Program-made: the position numbers and the translations under genes | From: Ophelia neglecta | Taxonomy: Eukaryota | DNA length: 64,000 bases | NCBI GenBank assembly: GCA_965285935.1 | Contig: OZ260664.1 | Location: forward strand, 53,444,001 to 53,508,000 | Direction of reading: 5' to 3' | The notes under the pieces: generated by a model | The model's input: the letters and a program-made list of their open reading frames with translations, nothing else | Told to the model about the DNA's origin: nothing | The model's database searches: none | Shown here: positions 25,450 through 37,249 of the stretch, piece after piece | Position numbering within the stretch: position 1 is the stretch's first letter | How the letters are laid out: the number at the start of each line of letters is the position of its first letter

Positions 25450-26508
25450 TCATAGAAACCCTTCTCTTGTGCTAGGTGAGGTCAGCGTGGCTTGCTTTTT
25501 GCACCCCAACAGGTCCAATAACATAGTCCGAAACTTCTTGCCAAATAGATACATAAGAATAAAGTTTGCAGCACAATTGATGATGACCAGCAGGTTGACC
25601 ACCGCCGTGTAAACCTGCAACCAAGGATTAACGGTGATGAAGATGGCGTCCAAAATAAAGGCTAGAAGACTCTGGGTTCCGCAGATGAAGTACACCATCA
25701 CAATGACTAGGGGTAGCTTGGTTGCCTTCATTTCTCGTATTTGGGATCTGTTGAGTAGTTGCCAGTTTTTCTTCGCCTTCTTGATCTCCTTCACTAACTT
25801 GACATTGAACACGGTGAGTGTGGATAGAGGCACGGCGTAGATGACAAGGCAGTAGAGAGCTGTGTTATACAGGTACCGATACACGGGGTCCATGCGAAGC
25901 GGAGTGTCCCCTACCGTCACAAAGCTCAGGTTAAGTGAAGTGCTGTATGAAACTTCCGGACGGAATTCAAAGAACTTTGGAATGTTGAAGAGGATTGCCA
26001 AGACAAGAATGGTGAAAATAATGAGTCGTATTCGATTAAGAGAGCACAAACGATGTGCCCGCAATGGGTAGCAGATCGCAACGAATCTTTCCGCGGAAAT
26101 CAGCAAAGTCAGCCATATCGACAACATTTGGGCGATACACACAATAGGCCAACTGTAGACGCGTATGTAGCCCTGATTTCGACAGAATGGCTCTACATTA
26201 TGGGTGACTTTGCAAAACATCGGAATCACTTGTTGAGCTAGGGCTCCCAACAAAAGAATCAGGTCCGAGGAGGCAAGGGCTTTCAGCGAGACAAATGTGA
26301 TGGATCTGCTGCGGTCTTTCGATAGAACCACTAGACACAGAGTGTTACCGAGGATACCCAAAATAGCAACCACACCAGGCAGCCATACACCCATTAATAT
26401 GTCAAAAACACCGAGCTCCAGATCATTCCAGTCTTCTTTCGGCGCCTCTTCTACCAATATAGTTTGGTTGAACACACTGTCATTGTTGTATGCAATGTTG
26501 TCCGGCAT
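25450..26508 (-). CDS. Class A (rhodopsin-family) GPCR, FMRFamide/peptide-receptor-like, single coding exon, 352 aa
   Basis: Seven hydrophobic segments; GN in TM1, LAxSD in TM2, ERF-VAICYPL after TM3, NIPKFFE after TM4, NF..Y..GKKFR at TM7/helix 8; N-terminal N-glycosylation sequons (NDS, NQT). Confidence 0.95.
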   Translation of the reverse strand: MPDNIAYNNDSVFNQTILVEEAPKEDWNDLELGVFDILMGVWLPGVVAILGILGNTLCLVVLSKDRSRSITFVSLKALASSDLILLLGALAQQVIPMFCKVTHNVEPFCRNQGYIRVYSWPIVCIAQMLSIWLTLLISAERFVAICYPLRAHRLCSLNRIRLIIFTILVLAILFNIPKFFEFRPEVSYSTSLNLSFVTVGDTPLRMDPVYRYLYNTALYCLVIYAVPLSTLTVFNVKLVKEIKKAKKNWQLLNRSQIREMKATKLPLVIVMVYFICGTQSLLAFILDAIFITVNPWLQVYTAVVNLLVIINCAANFILMYLFGKKFRTMLLDLLGCKKQATLTSPSTREGFL

Positions 26509-26668
26509 TTTAATTGGTGCTAGTTAGCCCTTTTGATCAACATGTATAATATCTGTATTTAGTAGGATATGGAGGGTCACGGCATTAACTCCAAGTTAGC
26601 AATGTTTAGCTTGTCTTATCTTAATGTAACAGGTATGGACGAGTCATTTGGCAGATGACTGGATCAAA

Positions 26669-26690
26669 CTGCAAAGAGAGAAAGATAGCA
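26669..26690 (-). promoter_or_regulatory. Splice acceptor for the GPCR exon (5'UTR intron)
   Basis: Minus strand tgctatctttctctctttgcag| is a strong polypyrimidine tract plus CAG, 160 nt upstream of the ATG. Confidence 0.7.
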
Positions 26691-27002
26691 TGAAGCAAGG
26701 TAGTGCACAGGAATACCCAAATAGACCACAATCCTGGAAACAAAATGTTAATGGCAACTAGGAACCTACTGCAGCTTTGTGTTATAGATAAGGGCAAAGG
26801 AGCTCTCGGTAGGATATTTAATCAAGTTACATGTCCTCGAGGGCAGATATAGAGAGCGCCTGTGATATAAGACTAAACGGCGGAGGGTACCCTACTTCAA
26901 CTGCATGGGCCTGCGAAGACACCTCCGCCATTTAGTCCTGTGACTGCAATATCCGGTACGACAGACAACATTTCAAAGATAGTCAAAATCCTCTGTTTAT
27001 CG

Positions 27003-27230
27003 TTGCTCAGACGAGAAATGATTATGCTTTAAGTCGTGTCTGTGCCAGTATGTGCGTGGGTGTGTGTTTATGGGCAAGGATATTAAAACCTATACTGATC
27101 AAATTTACCGAGAATGTAGCCTGGCACCAGGTTTCCCATCGATTAACTTTTGGTTGACCTTATTTCAATATAAACGTCATGGTGCATTTTGAAAATTTAT
27201 CTTCAGTAGACCAGAGGATATATGCTAGCT
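27003..27230 (+). repeat. Helentron/DINE-1-like interspersed repeat (related copy at ~42090-42235)
   Basis: Both copies share tgctc..gag, a GTGTCTGTG/GTGT block and atcaaatt...gagaatgtag. Confidence 0.4.
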
Positions 27231-27239
27231 ATTAACGTG

Positions 27240-27310
27240 CAACACGTGGTACAGCAGTAGAATGCTCGCTTGGCACACCGCCGGCCCATGTGCGATCTCC
27301 GACCACGAGA
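27240..27310 (+). pseudogene. tRNA-Gly(GCC)-derived pseudogene or SINE head
   Basis: By manual alignment, 45 of 59 nt match the recalled metazoan tRNA-Gly GTGGTTCAGTGGTAGAATGCTCGCCTGCCACGCGGGCGGCCCGGGTTCGATTCCCGGCC; anticodon, T-loop and stems are mutated. Confidence 0.7.
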
Positions 27311-30029
27311 GAACGTTTTTAAAAGTGCGACGTTATAACTATACTTTTCGCGGATAAATACAGTGCCAGTTTGAAAAGTTATGTAAGCCTAACCATGTTA
27401 GGGAATATGCGATCGAGTGTTGGCTTAATTCTGTGGACACAATTATTTTTAAATATTGTTTTTTATGAATACTTAGCAACGGGTTTTTTTTTGGGGGGGG
27501 GGGGGGTATTTTATGGAGAGTTTAATATAGAGTCGAATAGGATAACCTTATTGTATAATACGATCATGCTGAAGTGCGCTGCTTTGTGGATATAGGCATT
27601 TTCAGAGTGCAAAATCAGACGACACTTCTGTCTGATTGAATCGCTGGAAGTTTTTGTTCCAAAAGGTGGCCAAGTTTTCCCAGTAGTATATCGAAATAAT
27701 TTATACATTGGCATATTCCTGACATTGTTGCATATTTTTGACGATCGATCTTCTAGTTTTCCAAATCTGGCAAGTTTAATTATCAAAAGTAGTGCAACAG
27801 ATTGTCACTTTTTGGCTTTCTTCTCGTTACCATTCGTTGCCCATTGCGCTTCTGTAAGCGGCTGCAGGTGAACACTGCGCATCATGTCGTACTGCTGGGG
27901 GGCCGATGATGACAAAAAAGTCCCAGTATTGGGCGGGAGGTTGGAAACAATCGACCTGGGAGGATAATTGTAATGGCGAGCGACTAAGGCCTGCCTTTAT
28001 TGCTGTCTTGGTTGAAAGGCTAGGGTTCTGGAAATGTTGAGCTAAACTTAGCCCAGTTGAGGTTAATAGCAAGCATGCAGTGCATTGTGGAGGAGAAATA
28101 AACCAATTTCCTCTTCAGAATGAAGAATTTTTTTATAGCTTTCATTAGAGACGGGCTTATTGAGTAAATCAGAGCCTTAGCCTGCAATTTATAAACGAGC
28201 TTAGTCCATCGCAGACACTTATATTGGGTATTTAACGAAATCATGTGTTTCCCTGTATCGCCGAAGAACAACAAACCACCTTAGAAGAGAGAAAATCAGA
28301 GCCATTGCAAGTATCACTGCATTACCCTGCTCTCTTACATGGAAAGGCGTTGTACTGTTATCCTAGCACGTTAACTGGTTGTTTAAGTTATCGCCACGAG
28401 AATTTTCCAACGTAATATTACATGTAAGAGCGGATGTTTGTTATCAACAAGTTGTATTCAGCGTTTCTTCCAGCTGTCTTTCGATGAAATATCCCTTTCG
28501 CGAGTTGACTATGGCAACAGTTGACATTTCGAGGAGTTGGCTTTCTAGTAGTTGGAGAAGTCACGAACCCGTGGCAGCCTTGGCCGGTCATTTGTACTAT
28601 AGGGCAACGTCAAGTAACTTCAGGGATTGGGTGCTATCATGTAAAATTACATGCCATGGTTTACCGGATGGTCAAATCAATTGAGAATGGGCGCCTACTA
28701 GAATTTGTACATTTGGATACCAACTGGTTAATCGTTCATGGAATTATTGAAAACTAAATATGTATAATGGCGTATCTGTGCTTCTCAATTTTTCAATTCG
28801 CTTCATAACATGACTAGTCCGAATAGTGCGAAATGCAAACTTGGAGACGGCTAACCATACACTAGGCCTCATATGTTTGAATTGAATGCCCGGGCTTTAA
28901 TGATAGCTCCAGAAAATATTATCTGCAGGATATGATAGACATGCCATTCGAGCCCTTGCAGCCAATGTTACTCTATCAGAATCGTACTGTACTTTAATTA
29001 GGTTCTCTCAGGTATTCTGCATTTGTCTTGAAGCGCAGACAGTAGTTAGTCTTGCTAAATTTGTCATGTGGCCTTCTTGACCATATCAATGTTTAGTGAA
29101 GCAAATCAATTTCGAATCATTTCATTTTGACAGGGCAATACATGTATATAATTAAAGGAGGAGCGAGGTCCGCTTTCGTCGGTCAAGTGCGACTGATTGG
29201 CAATTAGTAAAGCCATTCTGATCGGATACAGGTGTGTCGAATAATCCGTTTTCAGGTAGCGCTGTAGTAGTATGCACGGCGCTCCCTGTCATCATTATAA
29301 CTGAACTGAAGAAACGTATATTATATATGGCTAAGAGATATTGTTCTTCCCATTAAGGAAGCTAAAATTACGCTTGGCATCGGTAGTAGTGTGGAAATAC
29401 TTAAAGACTAAACTACTGTGTAGTCCAATCCAGTTTGGAAAAAGCTACGTGTGATTAAGCACAGTACATACAATGCACAAACTGCTTAGCATTCTAACAA
29501 CAGCAGAATTTTTTGGCTGTGACAATAATTGAGTTACTATACCATAATATCCATTTCCATCTCCGGTCCATTTTAGCGCCGTCTACATAGTTCCAAAAAT
29601 GACTATTTCTGTCCGTTGGCCTTTCATAAAAACTATACTTACTATGATGTGTTTGTAACAGATTTATAGGCCTACCAGCTCATTACATTCACCCGTAGGA
29701 TCTCCCTTCGTGTAAGGGGCCCAGCTGCCCCCCCCCCCTGCCCCCTCTTGTATTATATAATTTAATATGATCTTGAAATCAGTAAACCAGAATCATTGTA
29801 AAAAGACCCTGGTTTTACATCACTCAACTTTTATGGAAGCTTATATTATCTGCGCCTAGCCATAAAAACTATTCTCCTGTCAACGTTAACTGCAATTTTG
29901 TTTAAGAATTCCTAATTTCTGCATGTCACCATACCATAAAGGTTCCATATATCAGAGGTGTATTGTCCATTGGTCCTTTTTCTGTTTGCATTTAGTTTGT
30001 GCCACAGCAACCGCTAAAAAAATTGCATG

Positions 30030-30195
30030 CACAGTGTTGACCAGATCATCCACCAAAGTCGAAAGTGTACCACGAATAAGTGGGATATCCAGTTCGATGA
30101 GTTCGCCGAGAACTTCGATATACCTCACACATTTGTGGGTTATGTTACTGATAACAACCATGGCCTGTTAAAACTCTCTGGCTTGGAAAAGAGTT
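30030..30195 (+). mobile_element. Possible hAT transposase fragment
   Basis: QFDEFAENFDIPHTFVGYVTDNN..LLKLSGLE resembles the hAT/ZBED catalytic 'VTDN' block. Confidence 0.4.
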
Positions 30196-33059
30196 CAGAT
30201 CTTTGTTGAAGCACAGTAGTATTGTGTTAGGAATGCTTAGTCGACATTCCGTGATTAGAAGGGCGAGCTGGAGCTTACGTCACAGGTGGATTTTAAGACC
30301 GCTGATTGGCAAATAACCTCCCTAAGCGTGGTCGTGGCTGTGAAATGATTTGCCATTCCTCTAATTTGGACATACTATTTGTAAAATGTTGACCTTTACC
30401 AAACTGCAGTCACTAATATTTTAATACGACCCCCCCCCCCCCCCCCCGATCACCACAGTTTCTCCTAAGTATACAAAGACATAGATTCAAGGAAGTGGTC
30501 ACTGGAGCCATGTAACATGTCAACGATTTGCCATTGTTTGAATATCTGTCTAGAAAGGCCCAGCAGGGCCTACCAAAGTTATAATTTGTACCTTTATAAA
30601 GCAGCGCCTATTTCAGATTTTTCAGGAAATTACATGGCTACTTAAATTTGGCGTCTCATTCTATCTTAATGAGTACAGTATTTGAGATTAAACACCGCGC
30701 TCATTCTATCTGAATGAGTGTTTGAAATTTTACAATGCATTAACTTAACAATTTTGTGAGAAGAACAGAAATAATAATGGGATTCTCCCTTTCCTTTCAA
30801 ACCAAAAGATCAGCAAGTCTCAAATTGGATGCCTAATTGGATTTAATGCTATGTAAAGTACGTGGCACACATAGTCAGGTTCCTCTCAAGATTCTTCATT
30901 TTAGAATAGAGTGGCCAGCCCAAAACGACCTGGTTACTATAGCAACAAGCGTACCAAGTCATGCTTTGATATGCTTCTGTTGACCGTCTATAACCTAATT
31001 TGTGAATGTTATTGAGCAGAAGTGAGTGGCTGTTTGGATAGCTCATGGATCTCTTTGCCGTAAGCAGACAATATTTCCAAGCCGAACCTTTGTTTCCTTG
31101 GCTACCCGGTAGTTAACCGAGTTTATCCTTTCTTGACAAAATATAAGAAACATTTCTCAAAGTAAGTGGTTGAGTTTAAAATAGCTCGGGACGAGAGTTT
31201 TTATACAATATATACTGCATAGTGGGATCAGTCTGACCTGTGAACATGGTAATTAACCTTTATCATACCAAACAAAAATGTCAAAAGTGGTAAAAATCAA
31301 TGGAAGCGTATTATGGTGTAAGTTTAAATCCACATTGTTGAATACGAATGTCCTATAATCAAGTTACAATGGTAACAAATTGCAAAAATCTTCATTTGCA
31401 TGAATTGTTTAATCCAATTGGATGCTGGTATATTAGTTTCAAGGACACCAGACAAAGCTCACATGAAAGACATAGCAGTTAACTTTGTGTTTATTACCAA
31501 AAAAACAAATAATCTAGATGATCATAGGCATATTATAATATATAGTTGAAATGTTTTACTAAAATGCCTGCGTTCATGAGTTATAGCTAATCTTTTTACA
31601 TTATAAAATTTAAGTGAAGCACATTTACTACAGTTCTTTTTTATTAAAATGGGCAGATTTTGAAAATATCATAGACGAACAGTTTTGTCATTGATTTCTG
31701 TAAGTTTGTTGGCCTCATGTAAAAGCATTATAATCTTATTGAATTTGATGCCTGGCAACTCATAGTCCGAGTTTTTCCGAGCTGTTTCCACATTGATGTT
31801 TAGATTATATTTGGTGCCGAAAATTACAGAGTTTTTAATCAATTTTCTTGGTGGAGAATGCCGAATGCCATGTGTACTCCTCTGCCGGCACCTATAGGGC
31901 TTGAACCTGATTCAATACTCAGTACAACGAAGCGTAGGGAAGATATACCGAGTCTGGCTGTATAAGTTTCAAATCTTAATTAAACATCAGTTTATTAAAT
32001 GTGTATATGAATGTTCATTATGAATGTTTTGTTATCCTACGTTGTGTGTACCGCAAGTTTTGTTTATGTCCAGCGCTTCTTGATATAACGGGAAAAGCCC
32101 TGTACAGATATTTGGATATTTGAATATGTAAATAAATAAATATTATTGTTAGCTACAAAGGTACATCTAATAATTATCATCAATGAAAGTATTTGAACCA
32201 TCAGCAAATAGAAGTAAAAAATAAAATATGGTAGCATATAAATGATAAAATGGTGCCAGTTAAAAGTTACTTGCGAGGTAGGGATCCACCATGTTTGATA
32301 AAGCTTAACATACATGCATGCATAGGAAAGAAACACCAAAATCAGAAGATGTTCCAGAGTTATAAATCGTCGTTCCCTATTTAATTGACTCGCACACGAT
32401 CCATGTTATAAGTTGTGTCTTAACATAGATGATCAAGACGACGTTGGTGGTTTACTTGACAACTTAACCATAAGAAAGACAAAAACTGTTCAAACCATCA
32501 ACACTGATTCGAAATCACTGCAGAGTCGAGGCAGAAATTCGTTGATAGATTCGAAAACGAGAATTGTTATTGGAGTCTCGGCGATAAAATCGCAAATAAG
32601 CATTTAGGGGAGCAATCACTTTACAGATATCAATTTGAGTCGAGGTTGAAGAATCAGTTAAATAAAGCGTCAATTTGTTTTGTTCCGGCACACTTAAATA
32701 TTGGACGGGCGAAAGTGTCTTTATTCCTTACATCGGGTCTAATTTGGAAAGTGGAGACTGCTGGCAATTAAAGACCAAAGACTATGCAGATATACAGTCA
32801 AAAAAAAGTTGTTGTAGAATTATTTTTTAATTTTGTTCAATGTTTTGTTCCCCAAGAACATTTCTCACTATTTGGCCAGGGAATAATGCTTTCACCGAAA
32901 TATTTAACGACAATTTTTTTTATTTAAGATCTTCCTTTAAAAGAAAGTTTATCTGTTTTTTTCTTTTACTAGTCGAGAGTTAATCTTTTAAAGAGTCGCC
33001 ACATTGTCTGCTTAACATCAGTTTCAGACGTAACATGAGTGTCTCTGATGTAAAATTTG

Positions 33060-36000
33060 ATAGTCGACTTTTGGTTAAGCGACGTTTGGTTTCGACATAA
33101 TATTATACCATGGACTCAATAAATATTTCATGAAAACTTATCTCCTATTTAGTGGGAATGTTACGTGTAACATATCGGCTACAAGTCCGGCTGCAGTGGA
33201 TAATATGCATAAAAACATTACGATGCAGGCCTTTAGCATATAATTTGCCGATATTGGGTTTCACTGGAGGCAGCTTTGAATAATTTCGGCTGAAGAGGTA
33301 TTCTTAATTTGCTTCAGTGAGGTATTCTTGAGCAGTGTGCTCCTGCTGAAATTCCTAAATGTGTATCACCAATTGGCTGTGATATAAAGAAAAACAAAAC
33401 ATTTCGCTTGAACACAGATATATGTTGTTTAAATAACAATATTAAAGATTGTAAATTCACCTATAAAGGTATTGACACTGTGTTTGATATTATTTAGGAG
33501 ATTTAATTGCCACATTTGACTAAAAAGGTGGTTTCTTTTATACACCAATAGGCCTACACTAAGATTATCATGCTTACTTTGGAATTAAATGGAAAAGATA
33601 CTACTTAAAATGGACTGATTTTGCTTTTTGGCTTCGGAGATTTTCTTTAATGAAACCCTTAGGCAAGTTGTACGGTATCTCACGGAATGTGGATTGCGCA
33701 TTGCAGTATATATAGAAGATGGCATACTTTTGGTCAAACCTTGTTTTGCAAAGGATTACAGGGACTTGCTGATTCATACAACGTAAGTCCTTGGCTTTGC
33801 AATAAAAATTCTCAGAAAAATGTCCTTATATTTATTACTCAGAAAGAATTTATTGTCTAATCAGTCAATTCATTAGGGGAGATAACCAGCCCTGAATTTC
33901 TATTTCACACAAACGCCACTGCTAGGAAATTGACGCGGGTTTTCTGGCACATGTATTGCTCTCACCAAAGCTATACTTCCAGGAAAATTGCTCCTTAGGA
34001 ACATAATTATATAAATTGCTTGCCTCTCGTGAGAGATGGTAGTCTATTCTCACGATCGTTAAAGACGTCATATCCGATTTAAACTGGTGGCTTTCTGCTT
34101 TGGATTCATGGAATGGTAAACCCGTAATCAAACATACCTTCGACAGTCAGGTATGTTGTGATAGAGCTAGTTTTGGCTGGAGGGCCATATGTGGATGTTT
34201 GAAGACGTCGGATGTATGGAACAAGCAAATTTCAACAAGCACTCAAACTTTCATGAGTTGATGGCTGTTATGTTGGCTATCAAATCATTTGGCAAAATTT
34301 GCAGAGAAAATCCATCCAGGTACTTAGTGGTAACATTGTAACAGTGGCTTGTTTAAGCCATCTCAGGGGACCACAGTCCAAGTTAACGGATCTGACGAAG
34401 GTCATATGTAGCGAGTTGCCAAACCTTAATGTGGAGCTTACCACAAAACAATTGGCTCCATGCGGACAGGCTCAGTCGCTTTGAGTCGCTTACGAATGGA
34501 AGCTACATCCGGGACATTTCAAATATTTAGACACGTTTTTTTAGCGCATTCACATGCGACATATTGGCATCCCTGGTGACACATCATATAGGCCTACCAC
34601 AATGCAACAGCTATTAAATGGACCTATTGACAGCAGGAAACAATGCCCTGGCTCAGTCAGATTGGGCAAATTTCAAGGACTTCGTCAGTTGTCCTTTCAA
34701 ACTCATTTAGAAAGTCTTGGACGACAAAGAACAACACCAACCTTTAGCAACAATAATCGCGCCCAGGTGGTCAGTTCATACATGTTACAACCGGTTTCAA
34801 AGACTGTCAGTTGATCCACCACTGCACCTACCAACCCCTGACTCATCAGTTACTCTACTGGGCAATTGCATTCCAGAACCCAGAAAGAATCCAAAATGGA
34901 TGTAGAATATCTGAGAAGAAAAAACTCAACAGGCTAGGGTGCGTGCCTCCAGGTAAAACTGCACAAATTGCTGAATTTCACTCTTTATTATGTGACTCAT
35001 CTGTTCGACCAAGGTCTCTACTCGACAGTGCGGAGGTGACCCTTACACACCTGCATTCGGCATGGGATATGGACATAATTACTCATGACGAGAATCTAAA
35101 ACATTTGTCGGTAGCCTTGATTAAGTCGGGAACCCAAGTGGCACGCTGCAAGACCACTATGATGCCAATTGACCCATTTAACAAACTGTTCCTGAAATGG
35201 CCAAGGAAAGAAGTGCTTTGCGTCAGACATCTCCGTTTAAAGTGCATAATTTTTCTGGCATTAGCCCTCATGCTACATCCTCTGGACAATGCACCACATG
35301 CTCAGGTACGTGACCGAGAAATAGGACTATCACACGCAATCGTCTTGTCTGTGGACCAGTTGTCATTCCCAGGTGACGGATCGCTCGTCATCACTGTTTA
35401 CGGCTTTTAAAACGATACACTTCAGGATGGTTTTAGCTACATATACCAGGAATTATTAAGATAGATAAGATAAGAATTTTATTATTGCGCATATCGCTAC
35501 AGCAATGTCGCACAAAAGACAACGTAACATCAAGACAACTAACTTAAAGTAGTGTGATAATAGGTTGTGTTAGAAAATACTCGAGTCTTATAATTCATGA
35601 AAAAAAAGTTAAATGTAATTTGTAAAATTATTGTCTAAACTTTATATGTAATACGATTATGCCTAATTGAACGGCGTCATGATACAGTTTACGACGGTGC
35701 GTAATTCTGTCTATATATAATATGCCTTCAAAGTCCATGACTAATGGCGATTACTGTCGACCGAGCGGTTTACCTTAAAGGCTTTATCAATGAAGATACA
35801 CAAATTGTTCATTATCCTCGGGTCCTGACAGTTGAGCAGTTCGATGACGTTCGCCGCGCTTCTGTGCTGGATGTATTTCGCTGGTAAGTAACGGCGTCTA
35901 AGCACATCCAGAGGTCTACATTCTACCAGAAAATGTACCTCGTCGTCGACACATCTGCATACTTCACAGAGTCGATCATGGCGCTCCACGCCGTTCCATG

Positions 36001-36240
36001 CCCCAGTGACCACGCCCAATTTGGTACTCCGGAGTCGAAAGTTGTACCAGCGGTTGATCCGGTACAGGTTATTCAAACCTATATTCAGCACACTCAGGAC
36101 ATCCGATCAATTAAAATTAAGCCAGTGTTCCCTACGCAGAGACGACCTTATATTTCAATTTCAAACACAAATTCTCGAAAATTCTTAAAGAGGTTATAAC
36201 CCTAGTAGGCATATCAGATCATTTTTGTGTGCAAAATTGT
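33060..36240 (+). mobile_element. Decayed DIRS-type tyrosine-recombinase retrotransposon (RT, RNase H, MTase-like, YR), interrupted by a LINE
   Basis: In order: CVSPIG..KKNKTFRL, KFTYKGID, D*KGGF, YIED, DLNWWL...WNGKP, ASFGW, HELMAV, ADRLSR, DILAS, NALAQSDW, ATIIAPRW, then YR LRLKCIIFLALALML, NDT..GF. After the insert: VDPVQVIQTYIQHT..PVF...RPY and ILKEVITLVG. Many stops and frameshifts. Confidence 0.9.
35456..36052 (-). mobile_element. 5'-truncated CR1-group (L2/Crack/Daphne-like) LINE 3' end inserted in the DIRS YR
   Basis: FRLRSTKLGVVTG..RxxRLCEVC..DDEVHFLVEC CCHC-type C-terminus, 3'UTR, AATAAA and (TCTTA)n tail on the minus strand. Confidence 0.85.
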
Positions 36241-37249
36241 GCCATACGCCGTACAGTTTCCCGGAGGTTTATCGTATTCAATCAGTTGGACCGAGATGTA
36301 TGTTTTCACTACGAAAAACATAGATTTGCAACGGAACGGCACGGTTTAAATAACATTATATATATTTAAAATTCGGCTTATCAGCTGTCTGTGTTGTTCT
36401 TTTAACCGATTTGCATGATGACTCCTCCTTTCATGCAGTCAAAATTTGTCAAACGGGAAAAACAACGAGCACTCTGTTTTCGTTCGCGCACATGCACATG
36501 TTGAGTGTATTTTTATGAACTACAGACATGCATTAACGTACAGATTGTTCGTTTTTGGACGCTTTTCTCGTTGGAATCTAGTGCAAACTTGTTGGTGATC
36601 GATTAGTAATAGTTTTGTGTGAAAAATATTCTTTTTAATGTGGTGCGTATTTGCCGGAGTTTGGTCCATGTTTGTCGCAGTGAAATGGCGGAATTACTGT
36701 GTGTTTACCTGATGACAGTGGCCCAGCCAGTGATTCAAGTGTATATTGGCACCAAACACAGTTTAGACTAGTTTTCGTAGCAATCGATTTGCCAAAAGAG
36801 GAACTTTTCCTGCTACCACGCATCAAACTCCGGAAATCACCTAGCCTCTTTCGAAAGTGCTCGTTGTTTTACCCGTTTGACAAATTCTGAACTGCGTGAT
36901 AGATAAAATCGTCATCCAATTCGGTTAGAAGAATAACACTGATAAGGTGATGAGTCGAATTTTTAAAGAAAATAATACTTTTAACATATGCCCTTCTGTT
37001 CTCAAGATAACAACAAACTCCGTTATATGTTTTAATCCAAAAATACATTCACCAACCCCCCACCAACTGATTGAATATGTTAAACCTCTGGGAAACGTCA
37101 AGAATTTCAATAAGTGTATATTTTGAGTTAAGAGGTAGAAAAGAAACATTATACAAAACCAATTTTTATTGGGGGGTTAAAACAAGTTACTTGTTGACTC
37201 ATTACTTTTACTGACATATACCTGAGGAGGATTAAATATATCTGAAGCC

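Noticed and set aside
16336-25450. Functional coupling of the adjacent GPCR and PDE9 as a signalling cluster
   Set aside because: Same-strand adjacency 9 kb apart is not evidence of co-function in an animal genome without synteny or co-expression data.
25634-26527. Four plus-strand ORFs over the GPCR
   Set aside because: Antisense shadows of the real coding sequence.
34811-35410. 199-aa ORF as a functional recombinase
   Set aside because: The catalytic Arg position reads His (LMLHPLD), there is a stop before NDT, the gene is interrupted by a LINE and the C-terminal catalytic box is missing.
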